Part shown: piece by piece, positions 38,124-48,099 of the stretch
Position numbering within the stretch: the stretch's first letter is position 1
How the letters are laid out: each line of letters begins with the position of its first letter
DNA from: a virus
Taxonomy: Duplodnaviria; Caudoviricetes
Virus record (IMG/VR): IMGVR_UViG_3300033148_004975
Coordinates: 1-52,560 of that record
Strand: one strand, 5' to 3'
Length of the DNA: 52,560 nt
Program-made: the position numbers and the translations under genes
Notes under the pieces: generated by a model
Told to the model about the DNA's origin: nothing
Seen by the model: the letters and a program-made list of their open reading frames with translations, nothing else
Database searches by the model: none

Positions 38124-39782
38124 ATGGGTAAATTGATTTATAAATGTGGTTGCGAATTTATCATTGATGATGGCACCAATAATATTATATATTGCAATGA
38201 TCCTACAAAAGATGTGCCTTCACACGGTGTTATATTAAATATATATGATGTTCCGCTTGATTGTCCAAAAACATGGGATATGTTTGCACAAGCACATAAT
38301 GTTGGCATTTTTCAATTGGAAAAATCACTTGGCAAACAATGGATGAAAAAAGTTGCACCGCGAAATATTGAAGAATTATCTGCACTTATTTCAATAATGA
38401 GGCCAGGAGCATTAAAATCTGTATCTGGAGACCCCCCTAAAAGTATGGCACAAAGATATGTTGATCGAAAATATGGCAAAGAAAGAATTGATGATTTTGG
38501 TGTTCCAATTTTAAAAAATATTATGGAAGATAGTTTTTCTGTTCTTATTTATCAAGAACATGCAATTAGAATTGCTCAAGAAATAGCTGGATTTAATGAA
38601 CAAGAAGCAGATATATTAAGAAAAGCAATTGGTAAAAAAAATGTAGAAGAAATGACCAAACTTGAAAATAGTTTTGTTGAAGGATGCGCAAAAACTGGTA
38701 TTGTAAATTCTAATAAAGCTAAGGAAGTATTTTCATGGATTCGTGAATCACAAAAATATTCATTTAATAAATCACATGGAACTCAATATGCCATCAATTC
38801 TTATTGGTCTGCTTACTGTAAAGCACATTTCCCTTTGCAATTTTATTGTGCTTATTTACGATTTGCAAAAAATAAACAAGATAGATTTGAAGAAATATAT
38901 AATATAATTAATGAAGCCAAACTACTCAATATTAATGTTTGTCTTCCAGATATTCGAGATATGGAAGAAACATTCTATATAAAAAATTCAGATATTTATT
39001 TTGGTTTAACAGATATTAAAAATATTGGTAGTGCTAATTTACAAAAGGCAATTAATACAATATGGGGATCTTTTTATGACAGGAGTTTTTCAGACATTAC
39101 ATGGGAAGATATATTAATATATTGCGATAATATTCCTATAACAGTTTTAGAATCTTTAATTTCATCAGGTGCTTTAGATTTTTTTAATGTTTCTCGTTCA
39201 ACTATGCTATTTCAATTAAATATAACACATGATAAAATCACAAAAAAAGAAAGAGAATGGATAAAACAACATTATAGTGGAGAAGGGCTTATAGAAATAT
39301 TAAGAAAATGTGCAAAAACTAAGAGAGAAGGTGGGGGTTGTTCCAATAAGAAAAGAATAGATATACTAAATAGTATTGCTAATTCAATAGAAAATCCACC
39401 AAGATCACTTAATGATGGGGTAGAATATATTGCATGGTTAGAAAAAGAATATCTTGGAGCATCTATATCGTGCCATGTAGTTGATGGCAATAAAGAATCT
39501 GTTAAAGCTAGTCATATTTGTAGAGATATAATTAATGGCAACAATCAATTTATGATTATAGCCGCCCAAATAGATAGAATTAATGTTATTACAACAAAAA
39601 ATAATAAAAAAATGGCTTTTCTAACAATTTCAGATTCTTCTTGTGCTGTAGATGATGTTGTATGTTTTCCTGATGTTTTTGAAAAAGTACAAAATATATT
39701 ATTTGATAATAATATTGTATTGCTTTATGGTTCTGTTGGTAAAAGAGGAAATTTTATATGCTCGAATATCACCCAAATATAA
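38124..39782 (+). CDS. dnaE: DNA polymerase III alpha, C-terminal half (fingers, HhH, OB)
   Basis: GIFQLE, MRPG, LIYQE, RKAIGKK, YSFNKSH, FGLTDIKNIG, EKEYLG, MAFLTISD. Confidence 0.93.
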   Translation: MGKLIYKCGCEFIIDDGTNNIIYCNDPTKDVPSHGVILNIYDVPLDCPKTWDMFAQAHNVGIFQLEKSLGKQWMKKVAPRNIEELSALISIMRPGALKSVSGDPPKSMAQRYVDRKYGKERIDDFGVPILKNIMEDSFSVLIYQEHAIRIAQEIAGFNEQEADILRKAIGKKNVEEMTKLENSFVEGCAKTGIVNSNKAKEVFSWIRESQKYSFNKSHGTQYAINSYWSAYCKAHFPLQFYCAYLRFAKNKQDRFEEIYNIINEAKLLNINVCLPDIRDMEETFYIKNSDIYFGLTDIKNIGSANLQKAINTIWGSFYDRSFSDITWEDILIYCDNIPITVLESLISSGALDFFNVSRSTMLFQLNITHDKITKKEREWIKQHYSGEGLIEILRKCAKTKREGGGCSNKKRIDILNSIANSIENPPRSLNDGVEYIAWLEKEYLGASISCHVVDGNKESVKASHICRDIINGNNQFMIIAAQIDRINVITTKNNKKMAFLTISDSSCAVDDVVCFPDVFEKVQNILFDNNIVLLYGSVGKRGNFICSNITQI

Positions 39783-40414
39783 CTGAATTTCTTATAAAAC
39801 ACCAATTTGCAGTTGAAGTTAAAACTATTACTAAAAATAATAATGAAATAAAAATAATTGTTTCATATCCAGATATTTTGTTAGGAGAGCCACAATATGG
39901 TTTTACTAATATTTATAAATATAAAATAAATAAATCAAATAAACCATCAGATTTATATATAATAACAGAAATTATAGGACAAAATCGAAAACTTCAAAAG
40001 GTCAAAATTCCACCTATAGCCGTAGGAATTTTCATATATACTCATATTGTTAATACGTGTGACAGATATACATATAATAAAAAACTCATCGTATATAAAA
40101 TAGACAATAAAATAGTTGAACAAAACTTATTTTGGGAAAATTTGCGAAAAAGATTAAATTTATCATTTTATGATTTAGAAAAAGGTATTATGCTATTAAA
40201 ATATTGTGCTCTTATATTATCTAAGGGTGAAGTTACACAAAACATATTGCAAGAGATGGAAAAAAATGACATATCACTAAATGATTGTATGACTATATGC
40301 AAAATTGATAATCCAAGTATAAAAGTAAACATTAAAGATAATATTGATAATTTTCATCAAAAAAATAAAACAAAATCCAAAAATATTCTTTCCTTTTTCC
40401 GCAGGAGCAAATAA
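39758..40414 (+). CDS. hypothetical protein
   Basis: 218-aa ORF. Confidence 0.55.
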   Translation: MLEYHPNITEFLIKHQFAVEVKTITKNNNEIKIIVSYPDILLGEPQYGFTNIYKYKINKSNKPSDLYIITEIIGQNRKLQKVKIPPIAVGIFIYTHIVNTCDRYTYNKKLIVYKIDNKIVEQNLFWENLRKRLNLSFYDLEKGIMLLKYCALILSKGEVTQNILQEMEKNDISLNDCMTICKIDNPSIKVNIKDNIDNFHQKNKTKSKNILSFFRRSK

Positions 40415-42111
40415 TGCATAAACCGCGTATATTGTGGTTGGGAGAAAGTTCATATTTGAACACTGGATATTCTACATATACTAAAGAAATATTAACTAGA
40501 TTATATAATACAAATAAATACGAAATTGCCGAATTTGGAATATATGGACATTGGGACGATCCAAATAGATATAATATTCCATGGACATTCTATGGTAATA
40601 TTCCAGATAAAAATGATAAATATCAAGTAGCAGAATATCATAAACATCATATTAATCAATTTGGTGCATGGAGATTTGAAGAAGTTTGTTTAGATTTTCA
40701 TCCAGATATTGTATGTAGTATACGAGATTTTTGGATGGAAGAATTTGTACAAAGATCACCATTTAGAAATTTTTATAAGTGGATATATATGCCACCAATA
40801 GATAGCGTGCCAAATTATGAACAGTGGCTATATACATATTTGGATGCTGATAAATTGCTAGGATATACACAATTTTGTGCAGATAATATTAAAAAAATAT
40901 CAAAAGATAAATTCTATAAATTAGCATCTCCTGGCGCTGATGCAAATATCTTTAAACCAGTAGAAGATAAAAAGCAATTAAGGGCAGAATATGGTTTTCA
41001 AGATGATATATTTATTATTGGCACAGTTATGCGTAATATGGGAAGAAAGTTATTTCCAGATCTAATAGAAACTTTTGCAACGTTTTGTAATAAATATAAA
41101 AAATCATCTGAAAATGTTTATTTATTTTTACATACTTCATATCCTGATCTTGGATGGGATATACCTAAATTATTAAGAAATAATAAAATTGCACATAAAG
41201 TATTATTTACATATGTGTGTAAAGATGCTCAATGTCAACATGTTTTCCCATCTTTTTTTAATGGATTAACACAATCATGCCCCAAATGTGGTAATATGTC
41301 TGGTAATTTACCAAATAGCAAGATAGGTGTTACCAGAAAACAATTAGCCACTATAATGAACTGGATGGATATATATGTACAATATTCATGTGCTGAATCT
41401 TGTGGTATGCCATTAATAGAAGCGGCATACTGTGGATTACCAATATTTGCTGTTGATTATTCTGGAATGTCATCAATAATAAAGGATCTACATGGTTATC
41501 CAATTAGAGTGGAAAGATTTTTTAATGATGTTGGTAGCCATGCTAAACGAGCATTGCCAGATAATAATAATTTTATTGAAGCAATTATTCGATATATAGA
41601 AGATTATAGAAACTTAGAAGAAGTCAGCACATTTAAAAAACTTTCCCCACAAAAACTTCATGAATTAGCACAAGAATATTATTCCTACGATAAAGCTGCA
41701 AAAATATGGGAAGAATGCATTGATAGTTTCGATATTATAGATCATAAACATACATGGTTTTCTCCTTCTAAATATGTATCACCTAGTCTAAGTATACCAC
41801 AAGGGCTCAACGATGAAGAATTTGCTAAATTTATTATATGTCATGTTTGGGGACGACCAGACAAAATCAACAGTTATACAGCGCTTAGATTGAGTCGCGA
41901 CATAAATTATCAGTTAACGAACGAGGGTATTTGTGGTTATTATTTTAATGAAATGTTGGTTGGCGGATCATTTAATTATAAAACTTTTACAAGACAAGAC
42001 GCAGTGAATGAAATGCTTAAATTAAATGAATTTTGGAAGTATTGGGATTATCAAAGATTAAATCCACGCAGAGAAAAACCGCTTTATATTCAAATGGCCA
42101 AAGGAAAATAA
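40414..42111 (+). CDS. glycosyltransferase family 4 with inserted Cys4 motif
   Basis: TGYSTY, MRNMGRK, ESCGMPLIEAAYCG; insertion CKDAQC..CPKC. Confidence 0.88.
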   Translation: MHKPRILWLGESSYLNTGYSTYTKEILTRLYNTNKYEIAEFGIYGHWDDPNRYNIPWTFYGNIPDKNDKYQVAEYHKHHINQFGAWRFEEVCLDFHPDIVCSIRDFWMEEFVQRSPFRNFYKWIYMPPIDSVPNYEQWLYTYLDADKLLGYTQFCADNIKKISKDKFYKLASPGADANIFKPVEDKKQLRAEYGFQDDIFIIGTVMRNMGRKLFPDLIETFATFCNKYKKSSENVYLFLHTSYPDLGWDIPKLLRNNKIAHKVLFTYVCKDAQCQHVFPSFFNGLTQSCPKCGNMSGNLPNSKIGVTRKQLATIMNWMDIYVQYSCAESCGMPLIEAAYCGLPIFAVDYSGMSSIIKDLHGYPIRVERFFNDVGSHAKRALPDNNNFIEAIIRYIEDYRNLEEVSTFKKLSPQKLHELAQEYYSYDKAAKIWEECIDSFDIIDHKHTWFSPSKYVSPSLSIPQGLNDEEFAKFIICHVWGRPDKINSYTALRLSRDINYQLTNEGICGYYFNEMLVGGSFNYKTFTRQDAVNEMLKLNEFWKYWDYQRLNPRREKPLYIQMAKGK

Positions 42112-43254
42112 ATGAAAGTATTATATTGTGGAAATTATAGAGAACATACTGGATGGGGAAATGCCGCTAAAGGCTATATATTAGCGCTTGATGCGGTAGG
42201 GGTTGACGTTGTTCCTCGCCCTATACATTTTACAAATGATGGTGAATATCCAGAAAGAATAAAAGAGCTTGAACAAAAAAGTAGTAAAGGCTGTGATATT
42301 ATAATTCAACATACCTTGCCATGTTATTATCAATATTGTGGAAAATTTAAGAAAAATATAGGACTATATGTTACGGAAACTGATAATTTTAATAATACTA
42401 ATTGGACACAACATATTAATATAATGGACCAAGCATGGGTAGCTTGTACAGATTCTATAGAACATTCTAAAAATAGCAATGTAGAAGTTGATATTAAAGT
42501 TATTCCACATGCATTTGACATTTCTAAATATAACAATTATTATTCAAGAGCAGACATACCATCACTGAAAAATAAATTTGTCTTTTATTTTATTGGAGAA
42601 TTTTCTAGACGCAAAAATCTTGCCGCATTATTGAGAGCTTATCATACAGAATTTCATCTTACTGAACCAGTTGCGTTATTAATTAAAACTTATGTACGTG
42701 GTATGTCACCAAGTGAATCAATGCAACACGTTGTGGACTATTGTCGTACAATTAAAAATGAATTAAGATTATATTCAGATGTGGATGATTATCTTAATGA
42801 AGTTATTATAACGGATTTTATTAGCAATGATCAAATTATGCAATTACATGCTACATGTGATTGTTATGTTGGCCCATCATTTGGGGAAGGATGGAATATA
42901 GAGGCGTTTGATGCAATGGCAATGGGCAAAACACCAATATGCACTAATCAAGGTGGTCCTAAAGACTTTATAGCTAGAGAAAATACACGGCATAAAACAG
43001 AATATGGTGGGTGGTTGGTAGATGGTCATAAAGAACAAGTTTTTGGTATGTCTAAATGGGCTATGACGCCTAATCTATATACCGCTAATGAATATTGGAC
43101 AAATGTTGATATTTGTAAATTACGCAAGGCAATGAGAGACGCATATGAAAATAGCCAAGAAAAAGAAAAGAGGGCAATTTTTGGCTATCAGAGAGCCAAC
43201 GATTTCTCATATGAAAATGTTGGCAAAGTTATGTTGGAGATATTAGAATGTTAA
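42112..43254 (+). CDS. glycosyltransferase family 4
   Basis: TGWG, RRKNL, EGWNIEAFDAMAMG. Confidence 0.9.
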   Translation: MKVLYCGNYREHTGWGNAAKGYILALDAVGVDVVPRPIHFTNDGEYPERIKELEQKSSKGCDIIIQHTLPCYYQYCGKFKKNIGLYVTETDNFNNTNWTQHINIMDQAWVACTDSIEHSKNSNVEVDIKVIPHAFDISKYNNYYSRADIPSLKNKFVFYFIGEFSRRKNLAALLRAYHTEFHLTEPVALLIKTYVRGMSPSESMQHVVDYCRTIKNELRLYSDVDDYLNEVIITDFISNDQIMQLHATCDCYVGPSFGEGWNIEAFDAMAMGKTPICTNQGGPKDFIARENTRHKTEYGGWLVDGHKEQVFGMSKWAMTPNLYTANEYWTNVDICKLRKAMRDAYENSQEKEKRAIFGYQRANDFSYENVGKVMLEILEC

Positions 43255-43412
43255 GAACAAGAGTAGAAATACTAAATTATCTTAACAAATCAATATTATA
43301 TTGGCGAAAAATAGCGAACGATAAAAATCATGAAGATAAAGAAGTAGCATGGTATTATTTAGATGCTTTTACAAGTATTAAAGAAGCCATTTTTGGCAAA
43401 ACAAAAGAATAG
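43248..43412 (+). CDS. small hypothetical protein (54 aa)
   Basis: MLRTRVEILNYL..; fills the gap between GT genes. Confidence 0.45.
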   Translation: MLRTRVEILNYLNKSILYWRKIANDKNHEDKEVAWYYLDAFTSIKEAIFGKTKE

Positions 43413-43424
43413 ATAGGAAAAATA

Positions 43425-44447
43425 ATGAAACATATTGAATCAATAATTAGACAAAGCACAAGAGATGATGATTCACTTAACATAATATGCTTTCCTACTT
43501 TTGAAAGGACGGAAAGTTTTATTGCTAATAATGTTAATCATACCTTTTATGCTTTGCAACATCCATCATGGAAAACGTGGCACAAAGAATATGCTGATGT
43601 ACCACAAAATTATATTTTATTAAATCCACAAAAGGATGTACTACAACAACTTCCACCATGGATAACTCCAGATTTAGTTTTATCTCAAAATAGAATGGCT
43701 CATTTTAAAGTTGCACATCATTTTAGCACACTCTATAATATTCCACTTATCACAGTTGAACATATGTCATGTCATCCAACTACTGGAGAATTTTTTAAAG
43801 CAAAAATGAGAGAAATGGTAGGTGATATCAATATATTTGTCACAGATTTAGTAAGAAATAGTTGGGGGTGGCCAGATAGTTTTGGTGAAATAATACATAA
43901 TGCTGTTGATTTAAATCTATTTAAACGTGATATGAATATTAAAAAACAAAATTATATTCTTACTGTTGCTAATGATTTTGTTAATAGAGATATATATTGT
44001 GGATATAATATGTGGAAAGATACAATATCAAATTTGAAAGATGATATAAAAGTGCGATTAGTAGGCGATAATAAAGGCTTATCTATTCCCGCACAAAATA
44101 CCCAAGAACTTATTAGATTCTATAACGAAGCCGCATTGTTATTAAGTACAACGCTTGTTTCATCTTTGCCAACAACAATTATAGAAGCTATGGCATGTGG
44201 TTTACCAATAGTCAGCACAAAAACCACCATCATACCGACTCTTTTGGTTGAACATGAATATAATGGGTTTTTATCTAATGATCCACAACAATTAGCCAAA
44301 TATTGTGAAATACTAATAGAAGATGAAGAACTTAGAAATACTATGGGAAACAATGCTAGAAAATTTGTAGAAGAAAATTTTTCACCAGATAAATTTCTAC
44401 AAGCATATAAGGACGTTTTTACAAGAGCAGCTAATATAGTTAAGTAA
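43425..44447 (+). CDS. glycosyltransferase family 4
   Basis: PTTIIEAMACGLPIV, HEYNGF, MGNNARK. Confidence 0.88.
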   Translation: MKHIESIIRQSTRDDDSLNIICFPTFERTESFIANNVNHTFYALQHPSWKTWHKEYADVPQNYILLNPQKDVLQQLPPWITPDLVLSQNRMAHFKVAHHFSTLYNIPLITVEHMSCHPTTGEFFKAKMREMVGDINIFVTDLVRNSWGWPDSFGEIIHNAVDLNLFKRDMNIKKQNYILTVANDFVNRDIYCGYNMWKDTISNLKDDIKVRLVGDNKGLSIPAQNTQELIRFYNEAALLLSTTLVSSLPTTIIEAMACGLPIVSTKTTIIPTLLVEHEYNGFLSNDPQQLAKYCEILIEDEELRNTMGNNARKFVEENFSPDKFLQAYKDVFTRAANIVK

Positions 44448-44457
44448 GGAAAATCTA

Positions 44458-44943
44458 ATGGTAAAATTAAATTTAATTTATTTTGATGATGATATTTTAT
44501 CGGGTTATATTAACATTCATCCTTGGGCTATGTCTGAACAAGAAGATCCAATTGTTAGAATAGGCAACTTATTTAATTTAGGAATTTTTGTAGATGATTC
44601 AGAAGCTAATGAAATAATTGCAAATAAAGTTGTAGATTATTTATCTCCGCAAGAATTTGATCAAGCAATAGGAGAATGGATTAAGAAATTACGACATGGT
44701 GGACAATTAACTATTATTGGTACAGATTTATACATGGTATTAAAGGACGCTATATCTTTTAAAATATCTGCTAAAAAAGCCAATAAATTAATTTTTGGGC
44801 AACAATCACAGGAATTTATTTTGAAAAGACAATTGTTAAACTGTCGTGGTGTAGCACTTTTGTTAGAAAAGGAATTTGGGCTTGAAATATTAGAACAGAA
44901 ATATGATGGTTATAACTTTATAGTAACCGGAAGAAGAAAATAA
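44458..44943 (+). CDS. SAM-methyltransferase-fold protein with degenerate motif I
   Basis: KLNL..GYINI..EII...VVDY..W.KKLRHGG; lacks GCG. Confidence 0.6.
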   Translation: MVKLNLIYFDDDILSGYINIHPWAMSEQEDPIVRIGNLFNLGIFVDDSEANEIIANKVVDYLSPQEFDQAIGEWIKKLRHGGQLTIIGTDLYMVLKDAISFKISAKKANKLIFGQQSQEFILKRQLLNCRGVALLLEKEFGLEILEQKYDGYNFIVTGRRK

Positions 44944-45758
44944 TGTATAGAAATAGTGAAATTATTACGTTTTGTAAAAATTGCATATTTTTTGATAGTA
45001 ATCAAATTAGATACTGTACCATTCATAAGTTAGAAAAATTAATACAACATGGTGGTAAATTAGTAACTAATTTTGATAAATCAGAAGATGATATAGAAAT
45101 TCATGATAGAGTATGCCGTTTCTATAGATCCCAACAATGGGGAGATTCATATGATAAAGAATCGTGGTATAAGATTGCTAGAGAAGAATCAAAAATACAT
45201 GTTGGATGTATTGTTTACGTTAAAAGTAACGATATTGGCAATGTTAATTCTCTTAATAATACTATAAAATATATAAATGATAGCGATATATTACCAAAAC
45301 AAATAATATTTGCAATTGATGCACAAGATCATAAATTAGTGGAGTGCATTAAATTTATAAGAAATAATGTTCCCAATACACTTAAATATACAATAGAAGT
45401 AATAGTAGATAAAGATAGGGCAACAGAAGATCATGTAATTAAACTATTGGCTAATAAATTCAAAACACAATACATCTTGTTTTTAATATTAGGTGAACCA
45501 TTAGAGAGAGACTATTTAACACAATTTGACAATATTATTAATGATGAATGTGCAAGATTTATTATGGCGATTGATAATGATAAATATCATAAAATGATAA
45601 TACAAAAAATGTGTATATTATTATTTAGGAATGAGCATCAGCCAATAATTGATATAATTAGAAAAGAAAGCAAAGACCAAGATGTTAAGTATCTATGTAT
45701 AGAAGATATACTTAATATTGATAAAAACAACGATGAAATTTCACAAATTGATATTTAA
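44943..45758 (+). CDS. hypothetical protein (Cys-rich N-terminus, possible GT-A remnant)
   Basis: CKNC..C..C; no DxD. Confidence 0.55.
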   Translation: MYRNSEIITFCKNCIFFDSNQIRYCTIHKLEKLIQHGGKLVTNFDKSEDDIEIHDRVCRFYRSQQWGDSYDKESWYKIAREESKIHVGCIVYVKSNDIGNVNSLNNTIKYINDSDILPKQIIFAIDAQDHKLVECIKFIRNNVPNTLKYTIEVIVDKDRATEDHVIKLLANKFKTQYILFLILGEPLERDYLTQFDNIINDECARFIMAIDNDKYHKMIIQKMCILLFRNEHQPIIDIIRKESKDQDVKYLCIEDILNIDKNNDEISQIDI

Positions 45759-45770
45759 GTTGGAGTATTT

Positions 45771-46553
45771 ATGGATACAGCAAAAACAAACATTAACATA
45801 GCAGATATGCCACATATTGGTGTTATTATACCATGTCACAATCATGCACAATATGTTGATAAATGTATTATGAGTGTAATTAAAGAAGAATATCCGAATA
45901 AAAGCATTGTTGTAATTAATGATGGTTCATCAGATGATTCTGCTAAAGTTGTTACTGGATTAATGCAAGATTGTCAAAAAAAGACAGATAATACATTGTC
46001 TGGACATATTGGCAATACACCAATTATTTTATTTAATAATGAACAACCGCACGGCCCATCATATGCAAGAAATGTAGGATTTTCAATACTTGGAAATTCT
46101 GCACATGTTTTTGCTCCAATAGATGCGGACGATTGTTATATGAATGGAAAACTATTTAAATCAATGGTTGAATTATCTAAAGATATACAAAGAATTGGAT
46201 TAGTATATAGTGATGTAATAATTTATAATGAATTAAAAAATCATTATACCTATGAATATAGACAACCATATAGTAGACGAAGATTAGAAGTGGAAAATAT
46301 AATCTCAAATGCTCCACTAATTAATAAAATTGCAATTAATCAAGTTGGTGGCTATGATGAATCATTAAGAACATGTGAAGACTGGGATTTATGGTTGCGT
46401 ATTACTGAATATTTTGTTGCTATACATATACCAGAACCATTGCAAATGTATAGGGTGACTGGGAAAAATGCTACACACACAGTAAACATGGATCAATGGA
46501 GGAAGGATTTTCAAACTGTACAGTTAAAATTAAGAAGTAGAAAACAACAATGA
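45771..46553 (+). CDS. glycosyltransferase family 2
   Basis: VIIPCHN, INDGSSD, ARNVG, DADD, GGYDE, EDWDLWLR. Confidence 0.92.
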   Translation: MDTAKTNINIADMPHIGVIIPCHNHAQYVDKCIMSVIKEEYPNKSIVVINDGSSDDSAKVVTGLMQDCQKKTDNTLSGHIGNTPIILFNNEQPHGPSYARNVGFSILGNSAHVFAPIDADDCYMNGKLFKSMVELSKDIQRIGLVYSDVIIYNELKNHYTYEYRQPYSRRRLEVENIISNAPLINKIAINQVGGYDESLRTCEDWDLWLRITEYFVAIHIPEPLQMYRVTGKNATHTVNMDQWRKDFQTVQLKLRSRKQQ

Positions 46554-47278
46554 CTCGGCCAGTAAGAAATATAGATATAATTCGTAAAAGCAAGAGAGAT
46601 CATAAAAATATTTCTATCATTATTTTGTCTACTACTACAGAACGAGAATGTGAATATAATAATAAAACATATATACCAACAGAAATTATAAAGTTACAAA
46701 TACAAACTATATATGAAACATTTAAAGGGGCCGACATCTTTGTTATAACAAAATCTTTACTTCCAACATTATTACCATTAAAAAATCAATATACGAATCT
46801 AAGAATATTATATCAACCTAATAATAACAATGAAAATGAATTATCTGATTTAAATTTAGTCTTTGCGGCTAATACAAATAAACATATAATAATTATTTCT
46901 GGTGCCATGTTATTTAGTAATAATGTTATAAAAAATATATTACAAGATAATTCAAGAATACTTATAGATAAAAATGATCCACAATTACCTAATACTGGAA
47001 TTGGTGTAACACTTAATAATAATAGAGTAGTTCACATGTCATATGATTTAAATCCAAAATGGGGCAAAATATTATATTTGAATCCAAAAGATTATTATAA
47101 ATTTCAAATGTTATGTCAATCTAATGATATTCATCATAAATTACTTTTCGAAGGTATAAATAAATTTATTAATAATGGTGGACAAATTTTAACATTTTCA
47201 CCTAAAAAATATTTTCTATCAAAAGTCAATAATAGGAACGATATTAAACGATACGTTAACTTAAAATTGGAGTTATAA
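46550..47278 (+). CDS. degenerate sugar/choline-phosphate nucleotidyltransferase-fold protein
   Basis: SIIIL without AAGxGxR; N.NELSDL, IISGAMLF, LFEGIN. Confidence 0.45.
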   Translation: MTRPVRNIDIIRKSKRDHKNISIIILSTTTERECEYNNKTYIPTEIIKLQIQTIYETFKGADIFVITKSLLPTLLPLKNQYTNLRILYQPNNNNENELSDLNLVFAANTNKHIIIISGAMLFSNNVIKNILQDNSRILIDKNDPQLPNTGIGVTLNNNRVVHMSYDLNPKWGKILYLNPKDYYKFQMLCQSNDIHHKLLFEGINKFINNGGQILTFSPKKYFLSKVNNRNDIKRYVNLKLEL

Positions 47279-48099
47279 TGAAAGTAGTATGTAGACCAGA
47301 TGAATTGTTAACAGCTTTTCAGTCACCATTTGTAGATATGGGATTTGAATGGTCATTATGGCATGGCAAAAAATCAGAATTTGATATGTTTGATGAAGAA
47401 AAACCACATTTAGTTATCGCTAACACGCATGATTTGACCCCAGCCTTTATAAAATGCTTAAATGAAAATAAACATGTAGAATGTATATTATTTGATAAGG
47501 ATAAATATAGACACGATACAAATGCACTGGAATATGATTATTATATTATGAGTAAGAGAAATTTATCTGATGAATCAACAAACATAGACGTGGATATGGG
47601 CATATCATTGTTGAGTATTATGCAAAAGGTCTCCGCTATACCACATGTTGACACGACAACCTTTTACCCCTATGATTATAGTGATGAGATGGCATGTGAT
47701 GTTGGTGTATATGGCGAACAAAACGACTTTATATATAGCTTGTGTTATCCCATCAATGCTATACATATTAAGATATTTGGACCGCATGAATGGACACAGC
47801 CCCAATATATGGGGCTATTGTCGCATAAAGAGAGATTATCATTATATAAATCGGCCTCTGTATGCTGGGCTAATGATGTACAAGAAGCACTAAAAATAGC
47901 GGCATGTGGTGGATTTCCAATTAGTAATCAACAATTTATTGTTGATATATTTTTTGAAGAATGTTTAGTAAATAATGTAAAAGATATAAAAAAGAAAATA
48001 TCATTATCTAATGAGATACTTAGAAATAAATGTTACGATATTGTTGTAAATAAATATTCATCACAAAGTGTGGTTGAAAAGCTTTTAGGAGCGCTATAA
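47278..48099 (+). CDS. GT-B/CgeB-like glycosyltransferase-related protein
   Basis: CDVGVYG, IKIFG..W..QYMG, LYKSASV, ACGGF. Confidence 0.55.
   Translation: MKVVCRPDELLTAFQSPFVDMGFEWSLWHGKKSEFDMFDEEKPHLVIANTHDLTPAFIKCLNENKHVECILFDKDKYRHDTNALEYDYYIMSKRNLSDESTNIDVDMGISLLSIMQKVSAIPHVDTTTFYPYDYSDEMACDVGVYGEQNDFIYSLCYPINAIHIKIFGPHEWTQPQYMGLLSHKERLSLYKSASVCWANDVQEALKIAACGGFPISNQQFIVDIFFEECLVNNVKDIKKKISLSNEILRNKCYDIVVNKYSSQSVVEKLLGAL

Noticed and set aside
36500-38300. Split intein or self-splicing intron in dnaE
   Set aside because: No N-intein extension, no HN followed by C/S/T at the junction, and the gap is filled by ordinary genes with almost no non-coding sequence.
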